From Azolla caroliniana (lineage: Eukaryota > Plantae > Polypodiophyta), in contig JBHGNT010000001.1 in assembly GCA_043228905.1 (NCBI GenBank), positions 16,306,001 through 16,370,000 of the forward strand: a DNA stretch of 64,000 nt, in the 5' to 3' direction. Each line of letters starts with the position of its first letter. Position 1 is the first letter of the stretch. A model generated the notes under the pieces. The model was not told the DNA's origin. It was given only the letters and a program-made list of their open reading frames with translations, and made no database searches. Below, piece by piece: positions 13,870 through 24,134 of the stretch. Made by a program: the position numbers and the translations under genes.

Positions 13870-14241
13870 AACTTACGTAGGTTACACGATTAGATTGCTT
13901 GGTTAATTACACGCGTAAGATATAACAGTGATTACAGAACGGAAATCAAGACAGAAGTACAAACATCATAAGCTCTATTAATTATCCGCTGCTATTACAA
14001 TGGGGTCCGGGCCTTTAAATAGGTTTCCGGCCCGTAGTACAAAACGGTGCCTCTCGCACCTATTCGGGATCCGTCCGGATCTGGAACGGCATACCGTTTC
14101 CAGTCCGTCCGTCCACACTATCCTCATTTACAACCATATATAATTAATTCCTTCACTCCGTATTTTGGACTCCTTGCCGGCCGGTAACACATGGCACGCC
14201 CGTGGGACAGTACCTTGTACGTCGAACCCTTCTCGGCCCCT

Positions 14242-17065
14242 TCATTGTTCACCCAAATTGTCCAAATTACTTTGTTCAAGAATTTCCACTTGTTCTTCCG
14301 GTTGTGGTTGTTGCGGCTGTGCTTGCTGCTGCTGCTGTGATTGCGGTTGGGACTGAGGTTGCTCCGGCTGCTCTGCTTGCTGCTGCTGCTCCGTTTGTCT
14401 CTCTGGCTCCGGCATCTCCGTTTGACTGCTTCCGGTCCGGTCTCCTTCCAGTAACGGTTCCTCATCACTGAGGTTGACCGTAACTGGTTCTCGTTCTTTC
14501 TCTCCCCGGATCCGGGACCTCTCGTAGCTTTCAAACTGGATCTGCGCCTCCAGCCTGTCGTCATCCAGCTGAGCTACAAGTTGCCGGACTTGCTCTAGTT
14601 GGTCCTCCGCCAAGGCTTGAAAGTCTTCGGCCAGCTCATCTCTTATGCCGGTGAAGTCTTCAGAATTCAGCATATAGCAATCATCTCCCTCCTTCCGCCG
14701 GTTCTCTACGTCAGCCCGGAGCAATTGGAGTTCCGCCGCGTTCGTGGCCCACTTGGTCCACCATTTGACGGAACCGTTGTCAATCAAGCTCTTGGTCTGG
14801 TTCAACCAGGCCCGCATTATATCTTGGATGCGACTTGCTCCCATTTGTGCTCTGCTTTCCACCACTTGTCGCTCCTCCTTCAACTGCTTGATGAGATTTG
14901 CCGTATCCTCCGCCTGCTCTCTGTAGCGCGTCAGCTGCCCTTGATATGTCGTTTGCAGCCTCTGCAGTACCTCCGCCGCTCTTTCTTTTTCCGCCTGCTG
15001 TTGCCTGAGGAGCTCTGTCCGAACCTTCTCCGCCTCTTCCAACCGTCTTCTGTTTTCCGCTTGTTCCTTGGCGAATGCGGTTGCGGTCCGATCAACGGCT
15101 TGCCGGAGCTCATCCGTCCGTTCCTTGTGCTCCGTTTGCAACCGTTTATACTCCCGGTGCAATTGCTCAAATTCCTCCGTTTTTTTGTTTGAGCTTGCCG
15201 TTGATTTGGCGATGGTTCCGGTCCTCCCGGTCCTTTACCTGCCGGAGTTCCTCTTTCAGGCGCTCTACTTCTGTTTCGGCGTTCCTCCGGAGCTTGTCCT
15301 TCTCTTGCAGCATTTTCTCCTTTTCCTCCTTGAGCCGGTCGTATGCTTGATGGCCTTTCCGTAAGCTCTCCTCGGCCCGGCGTAGATTCTCAGCAGTCTT
15401 TTTGAGTTCTGCCTCCGCTGCCGTCTTCAATTCTCTTTCGCGGCTCCTCAGCGCTTCTTGGGCAGCTAGCTCATCCTTTAAATCCGCAAGCTCTTGGGCT
15501 TGTGCCGCATTTCTCTCCGGAACGGTTTCCGTTGCCGAGGTCTGATTGCTATGTACAGGTTGATTTGATACTTTATTCTGTACATTGCCCGGAGTCACCG
15601 GTGCTTGGACTTGTGTTTCCCTTGTGACCCTGTCCAAGTCTTGTTCAAGGCTCCGGATTCTGGACCGGGCCGTCTCTAGATCTACGGTTGTGACGAGCAA
15701 CCGTTCCTGGTGCGTTCTCTCTTCCGCCTCTATATACTCCACCACTCCGGCGATTTGCTCGCCTACCCATCGTAGCCACATGCTACTGGTGCCTTGTTGC
15801 TGTACTGGCCGGGTCGGCTCATTCCCTGTGGACTTGTCTGGCCTGAGTGCCTGCATATGCCGTTCTGGTTCTACTCCTTGGCCGCCGTGTGTGCTGGCTG
15901 TGCTCGCCAGCTGTTGCGTTCCGGTTCCCGCCGTCTCCGCAGCCGTTGGCATGACTTCTTCTATAGAAGTCGCCAAGACCGGTTCCCTATGCACCGGTTC
16001 CGGTTCTTCCCTTGTGGTTTGCTCAGGTTGAGTTGGGGGCGTTTCGGCCTCTCGCGGGTACGACCGCTCCCCTCCTGTCTCGGCGGTCCTACTTCTTGAC
16101 CGTCGTTGGAGGTGCTCTTCTGGCTCCTCCGTTTCCTCTTCCTGTGTCACGGCATGTTTCTGTGCCGTCAAGGGTTCCGGTTCCTTCTGTCCCGGTCTCC
16201 GTAAGGTTATCTTGACGGGTCGGACCGGTGACACCTCCTCCGGTTCTGGGACCCGTTTCTTCCCTTTCGTCGCCTTCGACGCCAGCAGCTGCTGTCGTTT
16301 GGACGCCGGCTTCGAGGTGCTTCCTTCCGATACTCTTGGCCGCTTCTTTGGCTGGGCGGTCTCGACCGGCGGCACGAGCAATGTTATCCATTGAGCTACG
16401 GCGTGCCACAGCTTCCGGCCCTCCTTGCCGTCCTTCCCTCGTACCATGTCGATTGCCATGCACAACCCGTCTGCAATCAACACCGGCCAGTCCACCTTGA
16501 CCCCTTCATAGGTGGCTATGATCATCCCTGCCCGATTTTTTGGCATGACAGGGGGTCGGGGGTACACGTGACCGTACTCATGGAGCACTCGAGCTATCTC
16601 CCTGAATAGCGGATCTTCGCCGCCCTGCGTCCGATAGCCTTTGCCGGCAACCGAGTACTCACCGAAATATCGGGTGAGTTGCTCCGAGGTTGGGTTATCG
16701 ATCTGAAAGATTCCTCCCTCCGGAAGGCCTGTTAGCGCGCGGATCGCTTCCTCGGTGATGACCTCTGTGGCGAGCTCCTTGATGACCCGGTCGGCTTCTC
16801 TGTGCGGCGGTGCCTCCATGATGGCCAAGAACCCCTCCAGTCCGTTTTGCCTGAACCATTTCCTGGCCGCCTCCGACAGCGTTTGTGGTTCCATGTCTGC
16901 TTCAAGGTCGATGGAAGATGGCGAGGTAGAGTGGTGATGAGGGTGAGAGCGAGAGAGAGAGCGTTCTGAGCGCGGGGGTTCTCTGCGTGCAGGTTCGCGT
17001 TTGCTCAGCTTCCACTGCCTTGGCGCTTCTGTGCTTCTTGGCTCGCGAAAAAAGAAGGTCTCCAT
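14242..17065 (-). CDS. Extra 3' ORF of Gypsy D: globular N-domain (PMD/Transposase_32-like), low-complexity linker, long coiled coil; split by a 1-nt frameshift
   Basis: ORFs 17065-15167 (632 aa) and 15162-14242 (306 aa) fuse into 940 aa if one T of the T7 run 15180-15186 is removed (..KQKTEEFEQLHREYK..). Confidence 0.8.
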
Positions 17066-17218
17066 GCGCTCCTCTTTTTCTCTGTGCGTCTTGGCGCCTT
17101 TTTTTCGAGCATGCGCACGTCGTGTACCGATTTAGTATTAAGTATGTGGCGGCTCTTAAATGCCCACTACGTACCTTTTCGCGCCTTGCTTTCACACCCG
17201 TTCATACCTCGATTTTTA

Positions 17219-17254
<36 letters not shown>

Positions 17255-17276
17255 CTATTAATGACGGTGTGTGACC

Positions 17277-18672
17277 TCACACATCCGTAGGTCCCTTCGG
17301 ACCCTTACCGTTTTCCTTACGGTTTGCCGTGTCTTCCTTTGTCTCTGCTACGGGTTTCCCGTCGTCTTTTTCTTCCGGATCGATCCGTACCGATCCCGGA
17401 CAGGTTCCTGGTGTAGTGCCGGTGCGCTGCATAAACGGGTTCTTTGGCATCGGTCCTTTATAGGGCTTTAGTCGAAATCCGTTCACCCACTTGCCTAGTA
17501 CTTCACCGGCAAGTGTCCCTATCTGATAGGACCCGTTGTATTCCCGTGTCAGCCAATACGGGCCTGTCCATCTGAACCGGAGTTTACCCGGCATTTTGCC
17601 CATCCTCGTTTGGAATACTAGAACCGGCTTTCCGATTTCGAACATCTTTTCGTTACCTTTCCGGTGACGGTCAACGAACGCTTTCCGTCGTCGTTGCTCC
17701 AGTTCCATGTGGAGGATGCTGGCCAGCCGTTGCTCCTCTAGTTCGCATAGTGCTGCTAGCCGTATTTCCTCCGACTTCTTTTCATTCAGCCGTTCCCGTA
17801 GTTGGATTCGTAAGCTTGGTACCTGAAACTCGACCGGCATGACCGCTTCTAAGCCGAATGCTAACCGGAACGGCGTTGTCCGGATACTCGTTTTGTATGC
17901 CGTTCTGTACGCCCATAGCGCACTATGGAGCTTTGTGTCCCAGTCCGTCCGGTTTTCGTTGACGATTTTTCGGAGAATGTTCTGCAGCGTTTTGTTGGTG
18001 GACTCTGCTAACCCGTTCGCCTGTGGGTAGTACGGTGTGCTTCTTTTATGGACCACGGCATAGAACGTTGTTAAGCTTTCCACTACCTGGCCGAGGAAGT
18101 GGCCTCCTTGGTCGCTGATCAATTCAATCGGACATCCATATCGGCACCAAATGTTTTCGTACAGGAATTTTGCTGTGGATGACGCGGTGTTGTCTCTCAG
18201 GGCCTTAGCTTCCACCCATTTCGTGCAATAATCCGTTGCCACGATGACATAACGATTACCCGTTCTCATTGCCGGTGGCTTGAACGGTCCGACAAAATCC
18301 AACCCCCACTTCTGGAATGGCTCAAGTGGAAGTACCGGTTGGTGTGGCATTCGTGCTTGCTCCGTAGGCTGCCCCATTCGTTGGCATAGGTCACATTCCT
18401 TAGCATACTTGACGGCATCTTTTAGCGTCGTGGGCCACCATAAGCCGCTCTGCCATACCTTCCTTGCCGTCGCTTCCCCGGCATAGTGTCCTCCGGCAAC
18501 CCCACAGTGTGCTTCCCGTAAGATTACTTCTTTCTCGTCACTCCGGACTGCCCGTCTCCATATTCCATCTGCTCCTTTGTGGTAGAGAGTGTCCCGTAAC
18601 AGACAGAAATTGCGGCTCTGCACCGCCAGTCGTTTCCTCTCGTCCCGGTTCATTTCCTCCGGTGGCAGGCCC
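17277..18672 (-). CDS. Gypsy D integrase (3' part of gag-pol)
   Basis: HHCC (EAH..GGHY..CDLC), WGLDFVGP, ISDQG, YPQANGLAE, WTGPY; no stops; no chromodomain seen. Confidence 0.95.
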
Positions 18673-18760
18673 TGTCGAATACCTGTGTATAATGGACGTA
18701 TTCACATTATCCCGTTTTGGCCATTTATGTAATTAGCATAAAGGGTAGTTGCCCTAAGTC

Positions 18761-18780
18761 GGTCACTATATATAGTGACC
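18761..18780. promoter_or_regulatory. TATA box inside a perfect 20-bp palindrome in the E-family LTR (also 23934, 27130, 32282)
   Basis: GGTCACTATATATAGTGACC is its own reverse complement; it lies in the U3-like part of the LTR. Promoter function is inferred. Confidence 0.65.
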
Positions 18781-19638
18781 TTGTAACCTCTTTGTGAGGT
18801 TGGTTGTTGTATTATTTGTTTATGCAATAGAAAGTCTTTTGTGCCTCTTTGTCTCTCTCTCTCTCTCTCTCTGTGCAACGACCTACGAACAGTCATACGC
18901 AGGTACTGAACAGCAATCGAATGCTTCTAGATCTTCCGCATTGACGACATTGCTTACAACATTTGGTATCAGAGCAGAGGTTCAGCCGTCATCACCGCCT
19001 GCACAGCATTCGGTTCTTCACTTCATCTCGGCCTGCACAGTATCCGCGTCATTCGAAGAAATAGAGAAGAAGAACAAAAACGAGGTTTGCACCTCATCGC
19101 GTTAGATCCTCTTGCTTGGAGTAAGCCCACAGGTTGTACTCCGTTCCGTGTGATCGTAACCGCTCGAGGTGAAATCCCCTTGTGCAACTTTGACACGATC
19201 GTGCTCCATTCGGTTAAACGGCATTCGAGGAGGTCATCAAACGCCGCTCGTTGTAACCACCCGGTGCAGATCGGTCTCAAGACAACAACCCCAAATTCGT
19301 GCTTCATCCGGCTGATCGACATTCGAGAGGATCAGTTGGATCTGTCTCTCCCGTCGCTGCAGTCAACCGAAGCAGAATCCGTCCAGATAATCGGTTTCAA
19401 TAATCGGTATTCGGCACATATATCCGAAGCGAACCGGGCTCACTCCGACTCGGCAACACTCGGGAAGACCAGTCGGTTCTGTCCCTCAAGTTACCGGAGT
19501 CAATTCGAGCAAGTTCCGAAGCCGAACCGACTCGGGTTCAAATCCGACTAGAACGATATCGGGTGAGCCAACCGGCTGCACTCCAACAAGGTTCACAGTC
19601 AACTCTGAACCGAGCTTCGTCAACCGAAACCGAATTTG

Positions 19639-22600
19639 ATGGCATCAACATCAGGCTCGTCAGAAATGAGTCTACGAAAGTTCGATGGATCGAACTTCAA
19701 CTTCTGGAAGGAACAAATGCAGGACTATCTCATAGTCAAGGGGCAAATCGACCCCATCGAAAATGAAGAACCTCCAGAAGGATACAAACCAATTGAGTGG
19801 CAGAAGCTGGACAGAATTGTCCGCGCCACGATTCGGATGCACCTATCGGAATCGGTATACTTTACGGTGCAATCGTGTACGACAGCATTCGAACTGTGGA
19901 AAACACTGTCGGACACTTACGAAAAGAAGGTCGCCGCAACGAAGATGTTTCTGATCCGGCGCCTCTACAACTTGCGGATGAAAGAATCCGATTCGGTTCA
20001 GGCACACCTCAATGAGTACGAAAGCATCAGTTCCCAAATCTCATCTCAGGGGACGGCAATCGAGGATGAACTCAGAGCAATGATACTCATGAGCAGCCTT
20101 CCCTCATCATGGGAAACTTTCGTCACAACTGTGTGCAACGCGTCAACCACGGCTGTTAAATACTCTGAAGTCACGAGCGCAATCCTGACCGAAGCAGCTC
20201 GGAGAAAGTCTTTCGCCAAAGACTCAACAGAAGACGCTTACGTAGTACAAGGTTCGACAGACCGATCGAACACACGAGGAAGAGATTCCTCACGACCGCC
20301 GAACAATCAGCGAAGACGGAGCCAGTCACGGGATAACCGAATCTGCAACTACTGCAAGAAACCCGGACACATCAAAGCCGACTGCCGCGCACTCAAGAAC
20401 AAGAACAACAAGAAGAGTGGCCGGCATGAGGAGATCAACTACGTCAGCTTCTCAGCTGATGTGCTACCAGACGACCCGAACATACTATCAATCGAAAATC
20501 CAGTTGGCTCAGAAGTTCTGCTCACGACTGAAGAATCGAGCACATGGCTCTTGGATTCGGGCGCGTCATTTCACGTGACTCCTCATCGATCCCAATTTCG
20601 GCAATATACGATCCGTCACTCCGACTCAGTTCGGGTCGGCAACTCACAACACTGTGACATCATAGGAATCGGCACAGTAGAGCTCAACCTTGCAGGTGGC
20701 TCTACACTTGTACTCCACAATGTCCGACATGTACCCGAGCTCTCAAGGCCATTGATCTCAGTCGGACAACTAGATGAAGACGGCATTCGTGCCGGTTTCT
20801 CTTCGGGAGGGTGGACACTCCACAGGGGGAACCTCCTGCTTGCTAGAGGACCCAAGATACACTCACTGTATCCGTTACATGTTACGCTCAGAGAGGGTAA
20901 CCTGTTTTTGGTGGATATTCCTGTGTCATCACTATGGCACCGACGATTGGGACACCTCAGCAAGGCCGGCATCACGCATCTATCTAGAGCCGGATACATC
21001 CCCAAACTCTCCTTCTCTGACCATCAATTCTGCGAGCATTGCCAGTATGGCAAACAAGCCGCCGCATCACACCCGACATCAGCACCAAGAGAAACGAGAC
21101 CTCTCGATTTGGTCCACTCGGACGTCTGCGGCCCAATGCCGCATCAGTCTCTAGGCGGTGCATCTTACTTCGTCACTTTCATTGACGACTCGACTCGAAA
21201 GGTGTGGGCGTATCCAATTCGCACCAAAGATCGTGTCTTCTCAATCTTTTCAGATTGGCTCGCTATGGTGGAAAATCAAACCGACCGAAAGCTGAAATGC
21301 TTTCGGACGGACAATGGGGGAGAGTTCAAATCCGAAGAATTCGTCAAATTCTGCCGACAACGCGGCATTCGACGTGAACTTACGGCACCACACAGTCCGG
21401 AGCAAAACGGGATTGCCGAACGCATGAATCGGACAATCCAAGAACGGATAGTTTCCATGCTCCAACACTCCGGACTATCGGATGGCTTCTGGGCAGAGGC
21501 TCTACTCACGGCAGCACACATAATCAATATGTCGCCAAGTAGACCTCTAGGACTTCAAATCCCTCAAGAACTATGGATCGGCAGTAAGCCGAATTACGAC
21601 AAGCTGAGGATCTTCGGATGCGAGGCGTACGCCCTTATTCCGAAAGATGATCGCCGAAAACTTGCACCTCGGTCCAGGAAATGCATTTTCCTTGGATATG
21701 GATCCGACAGCGAAATGGGATACCGACTCTGGGACCCCGAACGCAGACAAATCGTTCGAAGTTCGGACGTTGTGTTCAACGAGTCGGCTATGAATCCATC
21801 AATCGAAAAACCAATCGAAGTCCGAAGGGTAACATTTTCCGATGTGCCGACCCTTCTAGAAGGCCCTGCTCTCAACACACGGTCAGCTTCACGGGTAGCT
21901 GAACCTTACACTACCGACTCGTACAACCCCGACTCGGCACAGCAGAACAATCCGCTTTCGGACCATCCGACCACGATACCCGATGCGACCAGTCCAATCA
22001 TGCCTCGACGATCCGAGAGACTGTCGCAACCTCCGGAGAGGTACTCTCCTGGAATTTTCTTCACCGACGCCGGCGAACCGACGTCTTACGAAGAAGCATC
22101 GACATCTGTCGATTCAGCCACCTGGCATCTGGCGATGGAGTCGGAAATGCACTCCATTCGGGCAAACAAGACTTGGGATCTGGTCGAATTACCTAGGAAC
22201 CGACGTGCTCTTCCTTGCAAGTGGGTTTATCGACTAAAAGAGACGTCAGATTCGACCACCCCAAAGTACAAGGCCAGATTAGTTGCGAAGGGCTTCCGAC
22301 AAGAATATGGCGTCGACTTCGACGAGATTTTTTCACCAGTGGTGAAAATGACAACCCTTCGTTTCCTACTCGGCGTAGTGGCAGCCGACAACCTGGAGCT
22401 GATTCAGCTAGATGTCAAAACAGCCTTCCTCCATGGTGATCTCGAGGAGGAAATTTATATGGAGCAGCCAAAAGGCTTCGTGGCAACCGGCCAAGAACAT
22501 CTAGTCTGCCGACTCAGGAAGAGTCTATACGGCCTCAAACAGGCACCGCGACAATGGTACAAGAAGTTCGACGACTTCATCCAATCGATCGGCTTCTCCA

Positions 22601-23652
22601 AAAGCGATGAGGACCATTGTCTCTTCACCAACACAGCTCAAGATGGATCACCCATCTTCCTCATCATTTACGTGGACGACATGCTAATTTCTGGACGCCA
22701 CGCAGGCGAACTTGCCGATCTCGTTCGGCAACTGCGGTTGAAGTTTGCCATGAAGGACCTCGGTCCGGCACGACACATACTCGGCATGAAGATTAGTCGG
22801 CATCGCGATAAACGACATCTTTTTCTGTCTCAGACCGACTATATCCGACGTGTCTTAGAACGCTTCAACATGCAATCAGCCAAATCTGCTTCAACCCCGC
22901 TCCCTATGAATCTTCGGCTCTCTCAGCGAGACTGCCCGACATCCGGTCCGGAGGGGGAAGATATGAAGTCGGTACCGTATGCACCGGCAGTCGGCTCTCT
23001 TATGTACCTGATGGTCGCGACACGGCCTGATATTTCTCACGCCGTAGGAGTCGTTAGCAGATTTATGCATAACCCTGGCCGATCGCATTGGAACGCAGTC
23101 AAGCATGTGTTCAGATATCTGACTGGCACAAAAGACCATGGCATTCTTTTCGGTCCGAACCGAACCTCAGGCGTAGTCGGTTACACCGACTCGGACTTCG
23201 CCGGCTGTATAGACAGTCGGAAATCAACAACCGGATACTGCTTCAAATTCGGCAATGGAGCAATCTCGTGGAAGTCGAAACTTCAGGAGTGCACAGCGAC
23301 CTCAACGACCGAAGCAGAATATGTAGCTGCGTCCGACGCAGCAAAAGAAGCTTTGTGGCTCGGTCGGCTGGCGCACACGTTTCGACAAGTCGACCATGAC
23401 TCGGCTCCAGTTGTCTACAGCGACAGCCAAGGTGCTGTTGCCTTGTCGAAAAATCCGGTTCACCACAACGCCTCCAAACATATCGACGTTCGATATCATT
23501 TCGTTCGGGACTGCGTCATTTCAGGGAAAATCGGTCTAGAGAAAATATCCACAACCGATAATGTCGCAGATGGAATGACCAAGTGTCTTTCGGCAGACCG
23601 TTTTCGGTCTCTTCGGCATCAGATGGGCGTAACGACAAACCAGTCCGGTTAG
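19639..23652 (+). CDS. Copia gag-pol polyprotein of E1 (1337 aa)
   Basis: Uninterrupted ORF: CNYCKKPGHIKADC, WLLDSGAS, HSDVCGP/TDNGGEF integrase, YVDD RT, YTDSD..SKHIDVRYHF RNase H. Confidence 0.98.
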   Translation: MASTSGSSEMSLRKFDGSNFNFWKEQMQDYLIVKGQIDPIENEEPPEGYKPIEWQKLDRIVRATIRMHLSESVYFTVQSCTTAFELWKTLSDTYEKKVAATKMFLIRRLYNLRMKESDSVQAHLNEYESISSQISSQGTAIEDELRAMILMSSLPSSWETFVTTVCNASTTAVKYSEVTSAILTEAARRKSFAKDSTEDAYVVQGSTDRSNTRGRDSSRPPNNQRRRSQSRDNRICNYCKKPGHIKADCRALKNKNNKKSGRHEEINYVSFSADVLPDDPNILSIENPVGSEVLLTTEESSTWLLDSGASFHVTPHRSQFRQYTIRHSDSVRVGNSQHCDIIGIGTVELNLAGGSTLVLHNVRHVPELSRPLISVGQLDEDGIRAGFSSGGWTLHRGNLLLARGPKIHSLYPLHVTLREGNLFLVDIPVSSLWHRRLGHLSKAGITHLSRAGYIPKLSFSDHQFCEHCQYGKQAAASHPTSAPRETRPLDLVHSDVCGPMPHQSLGGASYFVTFIDDSTRKVWAYPIRTKDRVFSIFSDWLAMVENQTDRKLKCFRTDNGGEFKSEEFVKFCRQRGIRRELTAPHSPEQNGIAERMNRTIQERIVSMLQHSGLSDGFWAEALLTAAHIINMSPSRPLGLQIPQELWIGSKPNYDKLRIFGCEAYALIPKDDRRKLAPRSRKCIFLGYGSDSEMGYRLWDPERRQIVRSSDVVFNESAMNPSIEKPIEVRRVTFSDVPTLLEGPALNTRSASRVAEPYTTDSYNPDSAQQNNPLSDHPTTIPDATSPIMPRRSERLSQPPERYSPGIFFTDAGEPTSYEEASTSVDSATWHLAMESEMHSIRANKTWDLVELPRNRRALPCKWVYRLKETSDSTTPKYKARLVAKGFRQEYGVDFDEIFSPVVKMTTLRFLLGVVAADNLELIQLDVKTAFLHGDLEEEIYMEQPKGFVATGQEHLVCRLRKSLYGLKQAPRQWYKKFDDFIQSIGFSKSDEDHCLFTNTAQDGSPIFLIIYVDDMLISGRHAGELADLVRQLRLKFAMKDLGPARHILGMKISRHRDKRHLFLSQTDYIRRVLERFNMQSAKSASTPLPMNLRLSQRDCPTSGPEGEDMKSVPYAPAVGSLMYLMVATRPDISHAVGVVSRFMHNPGRSHWNAVKHVFRYLTGTKDHGILFGPNRTSGVVGYTDSDFAGCIDSRKSTTGYCFKFGNGAISWKSKLQECTATSTTEAEYVAASDAAKEALWLGRLAHTFRQVDHDSAPVVYSDSQGAVALSKNPVHHNASKHIDVRYHFVRDCVISGKIGLEKISTTDNVADGMTKCLSADRFRSLRHQMGVTTNQSG

Positions 23653-24134
23653 AGCCGGACACAGAGCAGGATGGTTCCCGACAACCGACATCAGTTCCTT
23701 AATGATCGGCTTCAACTGTTCCGACCCGACCAGTTCGGTCTTCTGCCTTCGGACCCTGCCGACTGGAACAAAGCTGATATGTCCGAGAACCTAAGTCTAT
23801 ACCTATAATCTTAGATAACCCATGTATACGCCCATTACGGGGGAGTGTCGAATACCTGTGTATAATGGACGTATTCACATTATCCCGTTTTGGCCATTTA
23901 TGTAATTAGCATAAAGGGTAGTTGCCCTAAGTCGGTCACTATATATAGTGACCTTGTAACCTCTTTGTGAGGTTGGTTGTTGTATTATTTGTTTATGCAA
24001 TAGAAAGTCTTTTGTGCCTCTTTGTCTCTCTCTCTCTCTCTCTCTGTGCAACGACCTACGAACAGTCATACGCAGGTACTGAACAGCAATCGAATGCTTC
24101 TAGATCTTCCGCATTGACGACATTGCTTACAACA

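Larger units (their letters stand above)
18673..24134 (+). mobile_element. Ty1/Copia element E1, intact and potentially active
   Basis: 289-bp LTRs 18673-18961 and 23846-24134, identical by eye; PBS 18964-18975; PPT ttacgggggag; perfect TSD GGCCC. Confidence 0.98.

Noticed and set aside
19087-19551. 154-aa and 229-aa ORFs in the E1/E2 leaders (also 27210-27899)
   Set aside because: Non-ATG starts, no domain motifs; shared only because the leaders are nearly identical.
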